Assembly (NCBI RefSeq): GCF_003704095.1
Contig: NW_020847572.1
Coordinates: forward strand, 248,001-312,000
Direction: 5' to 3'
Origin: Pocillopora damicornis
Taxonomy: Eukaryota
DNA: 64,000 bases
This document shows positions 25,701 to 39,800 of this stretch, piece after piece. Each line of letters starts with the position of its first letter. Position 1 is the stretch's first letter. Below the pieces are notes generated by a model. That model saw only the letters and a list, made by a program, of their open reading frames with translations, searched no databases and was not told where the DNA came from. The position numbers were made by a program, and so were the translations under genes.

Positions 25701-28700
25701 CATGTTGTATTTGACACACCCAAGAGACTTAGCATAACACAATCCCTAGTAAGTGATTGAAATCAGTTAACACAGCAGTTTTTACAGGGATAGAAATTTT
25801 GGAGAAGACTTTCTTGTTAAAATTCCTTTCCTTCCCTTCCTCTTCCTCATCGTCATCGCCATCGTCATCCACATCATCATCACGAGCACTACATTTGACG
25901 TTTTCCTCTTCATCGATGCCGCTTCAAAGGTCGATGTATAAGTTATGTTCTTAATTCCGGCTGTTCCATACAACTCTCTTTTAGAAATTTCATAAAATGA
26001 TCGCTGGCGAAATTGTCGCGGAAATTTTGCAATCGCTGCCCCGGGTACACTACGAGATATCTGCCGATCGTTGCGCCTGCGCCGCGTCGGGGTATGAAAT
26101 CGTTAAGTGTGGCACCGGCTTATGGGCGAATACACGTAATTAGATGGAGAACCGCATCAGATGACTAAAACCTATTCACCTATAAAGGAAAAAAGGCAAC
26201 ATTCAGTGTTCATTTAACAATTGGTTCTCTGTTACCGCACGTGCGTTCAGTTACAGATCGATCGTTCGATCGAACTTACAAAAAAGAAGTAAATTGTCAA
26301 GTTTGAATGCAGATACTTTTATACCGACCTAGAGCAAGATATTTAATTTTTGCTTGTTGAAAGAGGAGAAGAGTCACCAATCTTGGAAATTAAGCATGCC
26401 CAACATGATAATTTATAGCCAATCAGAATTAGTAACCCTAAAGAAATGTTCTTTCCTTCTTGCGTTTTAACGTGGGTGAAACCTCAGACCTTGCGCCTCG
26501 TAAAGGCCTAATTCGCCTCAGAGTTAACATCCTTTCCTACTCGATTTACTGACTTGAAGCAAACCTGGATGTTGTTTTTTTCCGCCACAGGTTTTTTGTC
26601 TAATGGCATTCAGAGTATGGATGCTTGGAGGAAATCTGCCTCATTTTACAATTCAGGACAACCCTGCGTCATTTTCAGATTCTCTCAGTACTCGCGTTAT
26701 GACTTACTCATATCTGGTTGCGTTCAACTCTTGGCTGCTTTTGTCGCCAAGTGTGTTGAGCTATGATTGGCAGATGGGAAGCATACCCCTTGTGGAATCG
26801 CCGCTGGATTCCCGAAACTTAGGCACACTGATGTTTGCCATGATAGCTGTTCTTCTGGTTTATTTTGCTGTGTTCTCCAATAAGATCCTGGTAAACAGTG
26901 GTTTCTACATACATCTGCGTTTAGCTTACAATCATAAATTTTGTTGAAAATGATCTGGGACCTTCAGTTCATTACATGTGTATTTGATTCTATTCAGTTT
27001 CCTTTGCATTGTATTCATTATTGCAATCCGAGAAAGCAAAGGGAGATAAAAAAACTAACCGGTTTGAACAAAGCAAACAAACAAACACACAAAAGCAAAA
27101 AACAGATTGAAAAATATTGAGCCACAGCATTTATATATGCATGTAATGTAATTGTCGTTTAAGGGTAACGACTCAGTAGTTGATGATAGAGCATCTTTTA
27201 AATTCTATATTTGTCTCGGTAGCCACGTGATCAAGATGTCCTCGTTTTGTCTCTGGCCATATTGGCTATTCCATTCCTTCCGGCTTCTAACCTGTTCTTC
27301 AGAGTTGGATTTGTTGTTGCTGAGAGAATACTTTACATACCAAGGTATACTGTGAAATGTTACAGTGAGTATTTCATCTGGAAGATAAACTTGTCTCGAA
27401 ATCCTGACCGGAATTAACGTCTTTTGATTTGATGCCGGCGAAGTGACGTGTGTTGACGTGACTTCACGCGACGGGATTTGACTTTTCGTGACTTGGCGTG
27501 ACTTGATTTGTTCATGTGACTCGACGGCGTTCTGGACACAAAAAGGGTCATCTTGTCTAAGGATAATATACTTTAAAGTAATCGGAAACTCTGATTGGTA
27601 AAAGAATTTTGAAATTTTTACCTCAGCAAGATGTATTTGCAGTGATGTTGACAAATCTCTGCCCTCTCTTATCCTGTAGCATGGGGTTTTGTATGCTTGT
27701 TGTTTGTGGACTCAACAAACTGGCATCGGTAGTGGCACCAAATGGTAAAGTGGCATTCAAAGATAAATTTACAGAAGCACGAATGAATGTCCAGCAAAAA
27801 GTCTTACTATCAGGGGTATTTGTGATGGTGGGACTTTTCTGCTGGAAAACTGTGGTACGGAATCGTGTATGGAGCAATAGGGAGACGCTATTTAGGTAAG
27901 ATTTTTAGATCTACAAATGTAGGGTGATTCATGTCAAGCGATCTGTTGCTGCAATGTTTCTCAAGTACGCTTCTTGTGTACTTCCTTTAAAAAAAGTCCC
28001 AGCGAACAAACGTTCGAGTTCACTTCATCTTGAATTAGAGTGACGTGTTTCGAAAACAAATTCTCTCGCCGAGACAGAGTTTTTTTCCATGAGTTCTTGT
28101 CACAAATAGCGAATTGCCCTGGTGCTTTATGTCATAGCAACTTGTTTCTCAGAGTGTGGTTATTTTTACATTGGAACAAGCTAGAAAGAGGAGACCCAAC
28201 ATTTCTTTAAAATAAGTTAAAGAGAGAAAAAAAATTGGAATTTTGCTAAGTTCTCCTTACTTTGAAACACAAATTATGTGGTTTTGGCCTTGAAAGATGT
28301 GGAGTTTTCATTTCGTAATGGCGTTTGTTGCTGTGTTTGTCAGGCACGAGACTGTCAGGAATCATGTAGAACTTTGTCCCGGTCATAAATACTTATTATA
28401 GATACGCCATGCATCATGGTTACTGCATTTTCGTAATGCATCATGGTTACGCTAGGAGTCTGAAGTTCACTAACGTTTAGTTCTTTTCCCTGTTTTTTTT
28501 TTTTTTTTTCAGGTCGGGAATTGAAACTCTTCCTCATAATGCTAAAGCACATTACAACTTTGCCAATTTTCTAAAAGATACTGGAAGGGCTAAAGAGGCC
28601 ATATATCACTATGAAACTGCGCTAAAGTGAGTGTCAACCCTTCTTTGACCAGTGTTTAGGGTCTAAATATCTTGTGGCAATGAGAGAAGCTAAAGTTGAA

Positions 28701-31700
28701 TTTTTCCACATGAAAATCAACCAAAAGTCTGTCTAACAGCGCACACAAATGACGTGTAATGTCCATCTGCTTACCTGTGTCAGTTGAGATTGATCTTATG
28801 TTAGTAATGTGGAAATAAATCAAGTAAAACAAATTAAGGGATGGAACGACCATCTGTTTTTGCTCCATCAGGTTGGCACCAAATCATGTCAGCGCTCATA
28901 ACAATCTGGGTACCCTTTTGGAAAACGATCAGGTAGAGGTGTGCTTATGAAAGCCTTTCAAGCATTCGTCGTCTAATTATTATCCTCTTATTTTCTATTC
29001 GTTCTCCTGGGACACTTGCCAACAATTTGTTGATCACGTAGCTACGGATTCTATGGCGTGAATCTAGTAGGAATATAGGAATATTTTTACCCTTTCTGGA
29101 TGAGATTCCTGTTGTTCCCACGTTATCCCCCCTTCCCCCCTCCCCTAGGCTGGTGTCCAGTTCTACTCCTGGGAGGAGAGAGGCACTGTGAGTGGCACTG
29201 TTTAGTCTTCCGCACGAATACAACACAATGACCTTCGCCAGAAGCCATCGTCTGGTGCACCAGTTGCCCTTTCATCCGAACATCAGCATACATATTCTAC
29301 ATACTGTTCTTCATACATTTTCTAAAGAACTGACCTGGAGAATCAATTTAAGAATCAACAACTTTTCTTTTTGTTGCTGATCATTTCCTTTATTCTCGTG
29401 ACCTTAATGTTTGATTCTGGGATAATACTGTAAGGAGAAATTAGATACTAGTCACTCTTAGGGGTTAAAGGGTTAAACCGCCTTATTCTTACCCTTCTTG
29501 TTGTGCTGAAGTTTTTTTCATTTTTTTTTTTTTCTACACTTAGGAAGCCATGCAGCACTTTTCTGAAGCCATCAAGAATGATCCATATCATGCAAACTCG
29601 TACTTCAATCTTGGAACTCGCTTGGCGTAAGTAGATTTAATTCACTTTTTATCTGGAGGGGTCTTCAAGTAGATCTCGTCTCTAATTCGGCGGATAGTGG
29701 CCCTTTAAATTCAGCAAATGATTTATGTTACTGATTGAGTGGGTTTCCGAGTATGTATGTCGGTTTCTCTGTCTGCTTAACTTTATTGTCCTTGTGAGTA
29801 TCCGTCTGTCTGTCTGTTTGTCTGTCTGTGTGTCTGTCCGTCTTTTGTCTGTCTGTCTGTCTATCCACTCCTACGCCCGCCTACCTACCCATTTGTCTGT
29901 GCGTCCATCAGTCTGCCTTTCTGATTGGCAAGGCTATGATATGTGATTTGAAGTTTTGAACAGCGCCATATTTACAGACCATGTAAATCACATCCTTTTC
30001 TTTTTTTAAGGTCATTAAAGCGTCTCTCTGAAGCCGAAGCAATGCTTAAAAAGGCCATCAGGTAAAGGAGAGAAACACTCGTCCACTCAAAGATTTCGTT
30101 AATAAACACCTATTTCCTGCACGAAAGAAAAATCTTTTCAAATATATATTTTTTACAAGCTTTAAAATTCTGATAATTCCAGTTTCAAGTAACTAGTTTT
30201 GAAAATAATCCTTTTTTTTTAGGTTTAATCCAAGTTATTTAGATGCAGTGTTAAACGTGGCTGGTGTGCTCATTGAACAAGAGAAATTTGATGAAGCTGA
30301 GGAGTTTTACAAGAAAGCGCTGACTTTAGAGCCCAGAAACGGCGATGCTTACAACAATTATGCCGTATATCTTGGAAAAATTGGTGAGGAATAGGTGGCA
30401 GTAATTGATAAATGTGCAAGCTGGCCATGTTTAATGAGTGACCATATATATATAATCAGAATACCACAGTTTAGTTTTGCAACTGGGCACGGTTGGTTTC
30501 CAAATCGAACTAGAGAGATTTTCGTGTCTGTAATATTACGAATCAAAGCTAATATATTAAAACAGCTACATGAAAATGAATTCAAAGAAGTCTCCCACTA
30601 ACATTCAAAGAATGTGTATTCCGCTTGAAAGACTTGACAGTTCTGGTTCACGGTTCAAATTCCTCATACTCGGGCACTGTTGCCGGAAAAGGGGGAGGGG
30701 CAAGGCTTCGAAATGATCGGCCTATGAGTTTGTTGTTCATATTCCTTGTCCCGCATTTGAGGTTTTTCTCAATGCTCTCGGTTTTCCCCAAAATTTGACT
30801 TGGTAACAGTGGACAAAGAGCCATCTCGTTAATTTGCAACTCTTAAAATCCAATTTATTTCATTTCTTTATTTATTTGTGCATTATAAAATTCTTTTGTT
30901 AGTCTTGGTTATATTATAAACGTAATATAGTGTGGGCAGGTACACTTATAAGAATTGCACCACCTTATGTAAAGGAAATTCTCTCTATCATGGCCAGACT
31001 TTGATATATTTTATATCTTATTTTGCTCTGTTAGGTCGGACAAAAGAAGCCTGGGAGAATTACAACAAAGCTCTACAGCTCAACCCTACTCACACAGTGG
31101 CGATGGTGAACATGGCTCGGCAGTTACGTGCAGAAGGAAAAATTCGGGATGCAGAAATAACTTACAAGAGGTTTGCACTGACATGCATCAATTTCATATA
31201 ATTCCAATCGCATTTGAATTGTAGACAACAGGTACAGACCTTCTGAGTGCAGTGTATCTAAAATTTCATATCACCGCACAGAAATGCAAACATTTTGAAA
31301 GGTGCAAAGTGTTCTTTATACTGTGTGGAATATCGGACAATTCAGTGTGAGTGGTAGCATTTTATTCGGACATCATCTTTAATTCTGTGTCAAAAGAATC
31401 AGCATCCTGTCTCGTTGATTTGTTTGTTCCCAATCTCTTCTCGTCTAAAGCTTTCGAACCATATGGAGGGAATAAAAAGCTCCCCCAGCTGTCTATGTAT
31501 TGATTGAATAACAGGCTCTTAGCATTCCAAAAAAAACATGCTTGTATTCCTCATTCGTAGAAACGTTAGATATGCTGACATACAATTATAAGTTCACTTT
31601 TTTCCTATGTGTAAAGTTCTAATCTCTAGGCTCGATTTCCGCTGGCAGTCCAATTGCGTTCTCTGATACTTCCTTCGAAGAGGAGTGCGGACTTATATCC

Positions 31701-33801
31701 CGAACAGCGGCCGGTAATCTAACCTATCTAATTTCAGGCCTCTTTATTTCTGCAGAGCTCTGTCAATACGACGAGACCCAAGTACGTTACAGTTGCTTGG
31801 AGTACTGTATTATCACAACCAGCAGCTAAAAGAAGCAGAACTGGCTTGGAAAGAATCAATAGAACTGGAACCAACGAATATTGAAACTCGCTCGAACTAT
31901 GTGAGTGAAATGTTAACTTCGTGAGAGAGGCACTGACCAGTTTAGGTTTGCCTCATTATTGTGCACTTCTAATTTCGTGATGTGAATTTACCTGAATTGC
32001 TCACGATACTGTGTTGTGTACTCGACATTTTTTCTGTTTCTTATGGTGTTGTGTTTGGGACTTTATGCAGTTTGTTACAGTATGTAGATTTACGTTAATG
32101 GTATATCAACTTCTTCCTCTTTTTTTAACCTAAAAATTCAAATTGCGAGCTTTCGCAGTTGAAGGTAATTTTTATTACTACCAATTGGCGGGAAAATTAT
32201 TTCAATATGCAAAAAAATTTCCAAGTTTGTTTCATTCTTTCTGCAGGCAATTCTTCTCGGACAAACCAACCGGCTCGATCAGGCCATGGGTATTATGATG
32301 GGCCTGGTGCAAGACGATCCTAATAATCCAGGACACTACAAGACACTAGCAGGAATGTATGCTCAGAACAGACAATTGGATGAAGTAAGTTGCTTGAGGA
32401 CGCTTTCGACCACAGAATGCTCCGTGACTCGGCTCGTTTTTCAAAAGCCTCATTAAATAAACGGGCCCAAAGCCATATTTGGAAATCTTAATCTAAGGAA
32501 TAGTAGGGCGGGTCTTGGCTAAAGAACACATACTCTTTCATTTTCTGAAATTTTTATTGAGTGAATTTCAAGATATCGATAACCTCGATCTTGAATGTAA
32601 ACTTGATCAACAAAAACAAGCTCTTTGGGACCAGTTGTTACTGGACTTTTGAGAAAAGGGGCATGTTATGGTACCCTCGATCGCATTTGCGTCTTCTCTG
32701 ATTGGCTGTTGGGATTGCTATCGTTTTGATTCGCTACCTTCAAGCGAAATTACTCTTGGTTTTCGGTGATTTTCAATAGCAGAATGTGCTTGAGGCGGTC
32801 CATGTAACTTTGTGATCGATAAATGTGTCCTCACATAAACCTCGCCAACAAAGGATTTACTGTATGTTATTATAGAAAATCCCTCATACGTTGTGCGAAT
32901 TGGATATCGTTATTTTTCACAGGCTCTGCAAGTAGTCACTAACGCTCTCAGGCGCCATGTCGAAAATGCAGAACTTCATTATTATCAGGGAAATTTTTTC
33001 AAGGATTTAAACAACATGCAACAAGCCAAGAAGGTAAGAACGAGAAACTTTTCCAGTTAAATGTGAGTTGTGATTGGTTAGGTTAAATCCCTTGAGGTAA
33101 GTAAGTCATGTCGTGCGTCATATCGTGCGATCTTTTTTTGAGTTGTGATTGGTTAGGTTAAGTCCCTTGGGGTAAGTAGGTCATGTCTTGCGATCTTTTT
33201 TTTGAAATAGAGCTACAAGAAAGCTGTCCAGCTGGACCCACAACTTTTCAGTGCTCATTTGAATCTTGGAGTCATATTCCACCTTGAGGTTAGTGCCGGG
33301 TTATTCCAGCTCGTGTTGCGTTTATTTTGTATAATATTTAAAAGAAACTGCTATTTTTATTTCTCTGACCCTGTTAACTATGTGCTGATAGAAGGCAAGT
33401 TCATCAGTTAATTAAAACACGAGGTTAGAATAAGAACTCTTTGATAAGTTCACTCTGTTGGATTTTTTTTGTCCGTTCGTTTCATCCTTTTCTGGTAGCT
33501 GGGGAAAAAAATTAGAAAAATCGAAATACCTTTTTCCCAATGAGAAAGAATGATAAATGAATGAAGTAATGATTAAATTCACAGTAGGTAATGGTGACAA
33601 TCAGTCTCAGTTCATTTGATAGTTGAAATTAGATGTGACCAGTAGTGCTTCAAAAACAACTATAGTTACATTTCCTCATAGGGAAATCGAGCAGAGGCCA
33701 GGCTTCATTATGAGATCGCAGCGAAGCTGGATCCAGGCAACACAATCTTGAAGGAGAATCTGGCGAAGCTGCAACGACTAGAGAAGAAACATAGGCAGTG
33801 A
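22740..33801 (+). CDS. TMTC1: Protein O-mannosyltransferase TMTC1-like (multi-TM + DUF1736 + TPR repeats), 884 aa
   Basis: 18 exons: 22740-23240, 24095-24168, 24278-24433, 25334-25421, 26591-26890, 27223-27344, 27680-27895, 28513-28626, 28872-28932, 29544-29626, 30011-30061, 30223-30383, 31035-31170, 31756-31900, 32247-32384, 32923-33033, 33211-33288, 33682-33801 (2655 nt, in phase). Motifs VHDD, NTSHKSYRPLCVLTF, HPVHTEAV, DNPASFS, YDWQMGSIPLVE, GFVVAERILYIPS and LPHNAKAHYNFANFLKD are characteristic of the TMTC1 paralog. Confidence 0.92.
24913..25111. mobile_element. piggyBac-like MITE (~200 bp)
   Basis: TIRs ccctttaactcc...ggagttaaaggg flanked by TTTA/TTAA. Family members at ~14450, ~21532, ~29267, ~47140 and ~54945. 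Confidence 0.8.
25550..26518. mobile_element. ~970-bp composite insertion in TMTC1 intron 4
   Basis: The pseudo-copy reads 'attatgtt|cagagttaaca' contiguously (minus strand ~14035-14053). Here the two halves lie at ~25549 and ~26519. Confidence 0.65.
29040..29235 (-). mobile_element. Degenerate CORE/MIR-like SINE in TMTC1 intron 9
   Basis: actcctgggaggagagaggcactgtgag...aatacaacacaatgacc is the reverse complement of the SINE core. Confidence 0.55.
29267..29472. mobile_element. piggyBac-like MITE
   Basis: ccctttcatcc...ggggttaaaggg followed by TTAA. Confidence 0.65.
29800..29925. repeat. Degenerate (CTGT)n microsatellite
   Basis: Visible tctgtctgtctg array. Confidence 0.8.
33064..33204. repeat. 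Two-unit ~70-75 bp tandem duplication making up most of TMTC1 intron 16
   Basis: tgagttgtgattggttaggttaa.tcccttg.ggtaagta.gtcatgtc.tgcg occurs twice. Confidence 0.85.
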
Positions 33802-36800
33802 CTACGGACTGTTGTATTGAGGGTGTATGTATAAATCAACTCCCTACAATTTTCCTTTGAAACGAAATATGCAAAAAGTGGAAACTGAAGAACTGAACAT
33901 TCACACACCTGTCATTTAAGAGAAAATGCTTCTTGTTTTAAATTTACGTGTTTCTAGACTTTCTATTGCTCGATTCAGCGTTTCGATTCCCTAAACTCGG
34001 AGAGTACCCAAATTGCAACGTTTATGATGGCGGGATTTTGTGGTTCAGGGAAAAATCTGCTCCATAAGGGCCCGCTTATGAAGACCAATGAACTTTACAG
34101 GTACGAACCATGTAAATCGTGTAATGTCTTATATCGCTTTTTTCTCGCAACAATCCATAATTAGTGGGATTTTCAAAACCAAATCCACTGATTTGGAACG
34201 CTATTCATTTCCTTCTTCATTGTCAAGGCATGTCTATTTGTGCAAAGTAAAGTAGCCTTAGCAGTGGATCTGGAGGACAATTTGAACTCAAGTATAAAAG
34301 CGCTGGTTGCTAACGGTTATAACAACTTTTGCGCCAAAGAAGATTCAATTTCATAACATTTTGTGCTACTTTCGAGCATATATTTGGGGTTTATTCCTTT
34401 CGCCCCCTAGGGATTAAGCGAAAACTTAAAATACTTTGGATTCTTGGATAACGTTTTGAACCTGTTAATCTGTAAAAGTTTGAAAGAAATCGGTGAGATG
34501 GCATGTGATACAAATGGCTTGGTTCTCTCGTGGACAGACTCTTACCGGGTGGCTTATCCATCAAAGTTTAATTACTGGAGTTATTTCCAAAAGAACAATT
34601 GCTGAACAGGTTCAACAACTGTTACTGGATGTCTGAAACATACCATTTAGTAAAAACCCTATTAGTGCCAGAAAGAAAAGTGGATAAGTACTTTACATAA
34701 CTACCAAACTTAGAGAAATTGCTGTGATGAACAAGAACTGCCATAATTTTGATGGATCTCAACGTTAAGTTCAGGTTTAATTCAGACGCTGTTTTTAATT
34801 AAAGGAACAATTGCCATTTATCACAACGACAGCTGTTACTCGAAGAGGCGATTTCTATATCTATGACAAAAGATTTAGTACCAAACCTGCTTGATTTAAT
34901 TAAACTGCTAGTAAATAAACATTGACTGCAATTGCGCTAGTTAACATAACATTTCAATTTAATTTAAGAAATGAAGTGATCTTAATTAGTGACACTGTCG
35001 TGTTAATTGTGAAAACCAACATGAAAACATTTAAAAACAAAAGTACGTTTAGAATTGTTGATAAAGAATATACCAACTGCTTGCAGAATGTCCAGATTTC
35101 TTATCTACAGAAGCTATATGGTTGCGTTTGGGATGAAAGAGCTTAATGCATCAGCATCGAATTTTTTGCAGTGTAATCGGCTACGCAAATGTAATACGCA
35201 ATTCTAATCTCACCTCCTTATCACCAGGCCACGCCGTTTCCACGAGGTGTGTCGTCGAGGCTATGTCTTCTAGTTCTAAGAGCGCTGTACTTAATTGTGC
35301 TTTCAATGTAGCCTCTTAACTATATATTTTTACTTGAAATTCACATGACAAAGGAGGCTTTTTTAGTGTTGTTGACTTGCACAGTCGAGAACGTCTTCCA
35401 GTCGAATCTCTTTCACCCTTCTTTGACACGTTAAGTCGGTTTTAACATGAACTTAGTAGCCACCCCCTCTTTCTCCAACAAAGGGATAGCAGTGAAGGGA
35501 AGTTAGCTTTTACATATTCAGTAAGGTAGCTCTTTAATCAAATTTGATTTCATGAAAATGAATGACTGCTTTTCCCATATGCATCTTGACCAATCTTCCT
35601 CTGCGTTTTAGTAGTCATCCACATCAATGCTTGCAAGGAGGGTACTGGATCTATCGAGATTTGTGGTTCCGCCCAACTATACATGTACTAAGAATAGCTG
35701 GGGTATATCTATATAAAGCAAAACCTAAAAAATGTCAGTAATGCCGCAGAATTATTTCAACAGAACTTCAAACGAATGGCTGTACACACCTGGTTGTGTG
35801 TATCTGGCTCAGAGTACAGGCACCTGGCTAAAATGACTGATAAGAGCTAAGTTATTTCAGCCATTGCTGCACGACCAAGTGCTTTTTCGTTTTTCAATTA
35901 ACTTAGTTTTCCAACCTTAGTTACAAATTATTTACCCATAGATTCCCAAATATAGACTTCATGCAGAGATCTATGCCACTGCTGGGGTTATTCAACAGAA
36001 AGCTAGAGAAAGCCAATTTTGCCAAAAAATGACTGAGGAAGCGCTTAACAAAGGAACACCAGTTCACGCGCTGTCGCTTCTTTGCTTTTTATAAAACTTT
36101 ATTAGTTTTGCGGCAGAGTCAAAGGGATCTAACACAATAAGCAATTAAACACAAGGCCTCGGGGCTATCAAACGCTGGGGTATTGTAAACATTGCACAAT
36201 GGGTGGCGGGCAATTGTTTTTAAAGGTCGCCGGGTCTCGATTGAGGGCCACAATTAATAGATCAAATTGATTGACGCCAATTTATACCTATTTATTACAC
36301 TGCGGCATAATGAAGCTTGGTTTATGCAGCATTTAAGAAAACCGCAGGTTTTAGTAAGATACGTAGCCCCTAAGGGAGAACTCACTAATAGAAAAGCCGC
36401 TCGTACAATATTTGTTCGGAAAGTTGTGCGTCAGAGTTTCACGATTCTCTAACGCACGCCATTATAAACTTTGATTGCGGTTTTTGCATGTGTGTATACC
36501 TTACGCGACTGGGTGTATTATGTCTTACACTTAAAAAGCTCTTAAGATTTAACAGTGCGAGATCAACTTTCCACTAAGAGAAAATACACTTAATCACTAT
36601 AGAATTCATTATCTCTGCACGGTTTAATAAAAAAGTTTAGACAAACAGCGATTGACAAAGGCAAACAATATTCTTAACCACTTATTTTGGCCAACACGTC
36701 AATGGGGTCTATTTACTTTTCTCTTAACGAGTGTTAGCGAGTTTGTTTTGCTAACTCTCCGACGGAGGTGCAGTTAAAAGCCACACTGAGTTCTTTCAAA

Positions 36801-39800
36801 TGGGAAAGAGATCGGTGTAGGTGACTGGGATTTTCACGGTCCCTGAATTTCGGAGATGATTTCAGGCAGCACAGGCCAATTTGCGACATGATCGTTGTGA
36901 TTGTCGGGACGTTTTACCGGCAAAAGTCTTTTAAGAATCATTTCGTAGAAAGGACAGACCGTAACCGCAGACGTGTTATATCAAAAGGAAGGAAATAAAG
37001 TGTCTTAAAGTCTTGAAGAAGACCTTCTCGGTACATTTTATGGAACAAAAACTAAGATAAATTAATGAGCTGAAAGAAGTGGGATGTATGAAAAACACCA
37101 CAAAGCATAATTTTTTTAAAAATATGAACACGTGTTTAGTTGGCAAACAAAACCAGCCTTTTTAGAAAACACAGCTGATATTTCCGCTGTAACAATCAGG
37201 TGCCATGATTTAACGAAGCACAAGGCGTTTTTTATTGTATGTTTATGTAGCAACAGTTTTTCACACCAGTCAAATAACGTTAAAGAATAGAAGCATGAAA
37301 AGGAGTGTTTTAGCAAAGCAATGTGATTCATTAGGTTAACAAGAGAGAACTAAACAGCAACAACATGGCTTGTAACATTTCCCAAGTTGATGAACACGTT
37401 TCTAGTCTTAAGTGTAGAAATATGGCGTAAATTGTATCTAAATCCACAGCCGGTGAGATTGGAGCGGAAACAATCAAGCGTAGGGACGGGTGCGGGTAAT
37501 AGTCAACGAGTTAAGTCCCTAAATTATTCTAAGCTTTTGTATGTTTTTTCATTAAATGTATTTACCTAGCTCTCAAAGACTTATTTAATTAAACTGTTTG
37601 ACGCGACTAATTCCCTCTTTACTTGAGGCGCAGTGATAGCCGACGCACGAATCAACACAGCACTTGGGCGTGTGAATAATGGCTTATTTTCCTTTTATGT
37701 TTGCCGACGGCTTACCTTGACTCGAGATATAAAAAGTTTAATCGACTACACCATTCACTTTATTTATCTAAGTCGTTCAGGGGTTAAAAACTTTTTTCCA
37801 AGACATAGTAGTTTATTAATGCCTCGAGAGATCTTTCGTAAACTAGGTGAAGTACATCCCAGACATCAAGGTGCAATGTTTGCTCTTCTCTTCGAAGGCA
37901 ACAAAATCAAATGGGATTTCTCAGATATTAACAAATAGCTGCTTTAATAGTTGTTGTGTTTAAACGCTTAAGAAAAAAGCCCGACTTAATCAGGTATTTG
38001 CACAGAGTAGGTTCAAAAGCAAACATATGCATTCTCGATTAATCGAAAATCTATACCTTTGTCGTAAGCGAAAGACCTGTTGTGAGTCACGCTGCTTCGA
38101 AGCTTTTCGTGAAACCAAAAGAACAGGTACTTCGCTAAATTTTTATGAAGGCGGTGTGAATCTCGAGGAAACGTTATTCCATTAATGGTGATAAAAACCA
38201 CTTTTGTACAAGACTTTACTGTCTGGATGGGTTTGAAATTCTCATTTGTCGCCGTAATAAGTATATGTTTGACATTATGTGTGATTTGCTAAAGTGAGTC
38301 TCAGCGAGGAAAAACACGAAGTTAGTCGTTTTTATCTCTTATTTGTTTTTATTTAAGAACTATGCTACGTGCCAAAATGAAGTATGATATTTTTCGACTT
38401 ATATCAGACAAACTGCTGGAACATGTGATAGTCTATGTTTAGAAAACGAGAGGTACTATTAGGAAACGTAACCTCTTCTTTTAATTAAATATTTATTCTT
38501 TTGGAATTTTGTTTATACTTAACCACTTGATCAATGATAGATTACATTGTTATTGAAGTATAGAAGACAAAAGATATATATAACCTAGCTCAGTTGATAC
38601 AGCATCCTCCGTCTGCATCCAGCTGGAAAACGACGAGGTTTTTTAGCTAACCCAAATATGATGGTGTCGTTGAACGCATAGCCCTGCGGCAGGAAAATTA
38701 TTTTTTTGTCTTGAAATTTTTGTGTGCATTTGAGAAAATTTTATTCTCTTTGGGAAATATTTACGTTTCAAGTCCTCCACCTTTGTTCTTGATCTCGAGC
38801 TTTGCGCACATAAGTCAATCGATTTCACAAACTTGTAGAAAAGTTAAAATACGTGTTTTCCATACATGTATTTATGTCCATCATTCTTAAAAAGCTGCTT
38901 AGATTGAGCAATGAAATCTAGCCAAATAAAAGGGCAACATAAAGCTTTAACCACTAGATAATTGTAACATGATGATTCTCCCATATGGAGAGGAAGTTGA
39001 ATTCTTTTAGAAAATTCTGTTGTCATTATCTTTGACTAAAACTATAGGAATGGACATGTAACATACTCACAAAGGGTATTACAACTTACTAACTTAGATA
39101 ACAGAAAAGAGTATGTTCCTTCCACTAAAAACTTGATGGGTGTCAGTAATCAGTAGTAGAGGAGATTAAGAATCGTAACTGCTAAGTTTAATGAAGAGTT
39201 CTGTTGGACTTGCTTTCACAGCTGAGGCACAATATTTTTTTTCTCTGACACCGTAGACAGTGTATAGCTCTGAACTTACAAGGGACAGTTGAGAAAGTAA
39301 ACAGGCGGTTTTAAGGTGCGCCCATGCTTTGTTGCTGTAAGAAGTGTAAGATCGCCGATTGTTTTGCACCGTTAACTTTCGTGGAGTAAGTTTCGTTTTA
39401 AACACTCGTTATAAGTGGCGCAAGTGCCAGGTATCCATGCAGTGATTTTACAATTAATTTGAAACTATCTGAGGTTAAATTGGTCTTTGTGAATGGCTTG
39501 TATTGGACAGAGTACGTATTTCATGAACTATAAAGGGCATGTTACTTTCTTACTCTTCTCTCTAACCCACCCTTTACGTCTATACTCCGACGGAAAAAAA
39601 CCTTGTTTGGTTTAAGACTTGATTTCTCTCTTAATCCTGCAATACTCTTTACCTTCCAAAGAGTATAAACGTCAGCAATGTTCATAAACTAGGAGAAGTA
39701 GATTTCCTCTGTGTAGACTTGAAGAGCCATGAACCAACAATAAGGGATTTATGCGACGAAGAGATCTTAAGGTCTCTTCAGTCCAAGTTCAGTACATAGA

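Noticed and set aside
25757-25973. Ser-rich and Met-rich ORFs
   Set aside because: Low-complexity (TCA/TCG)n tract inside an intronic insertion.
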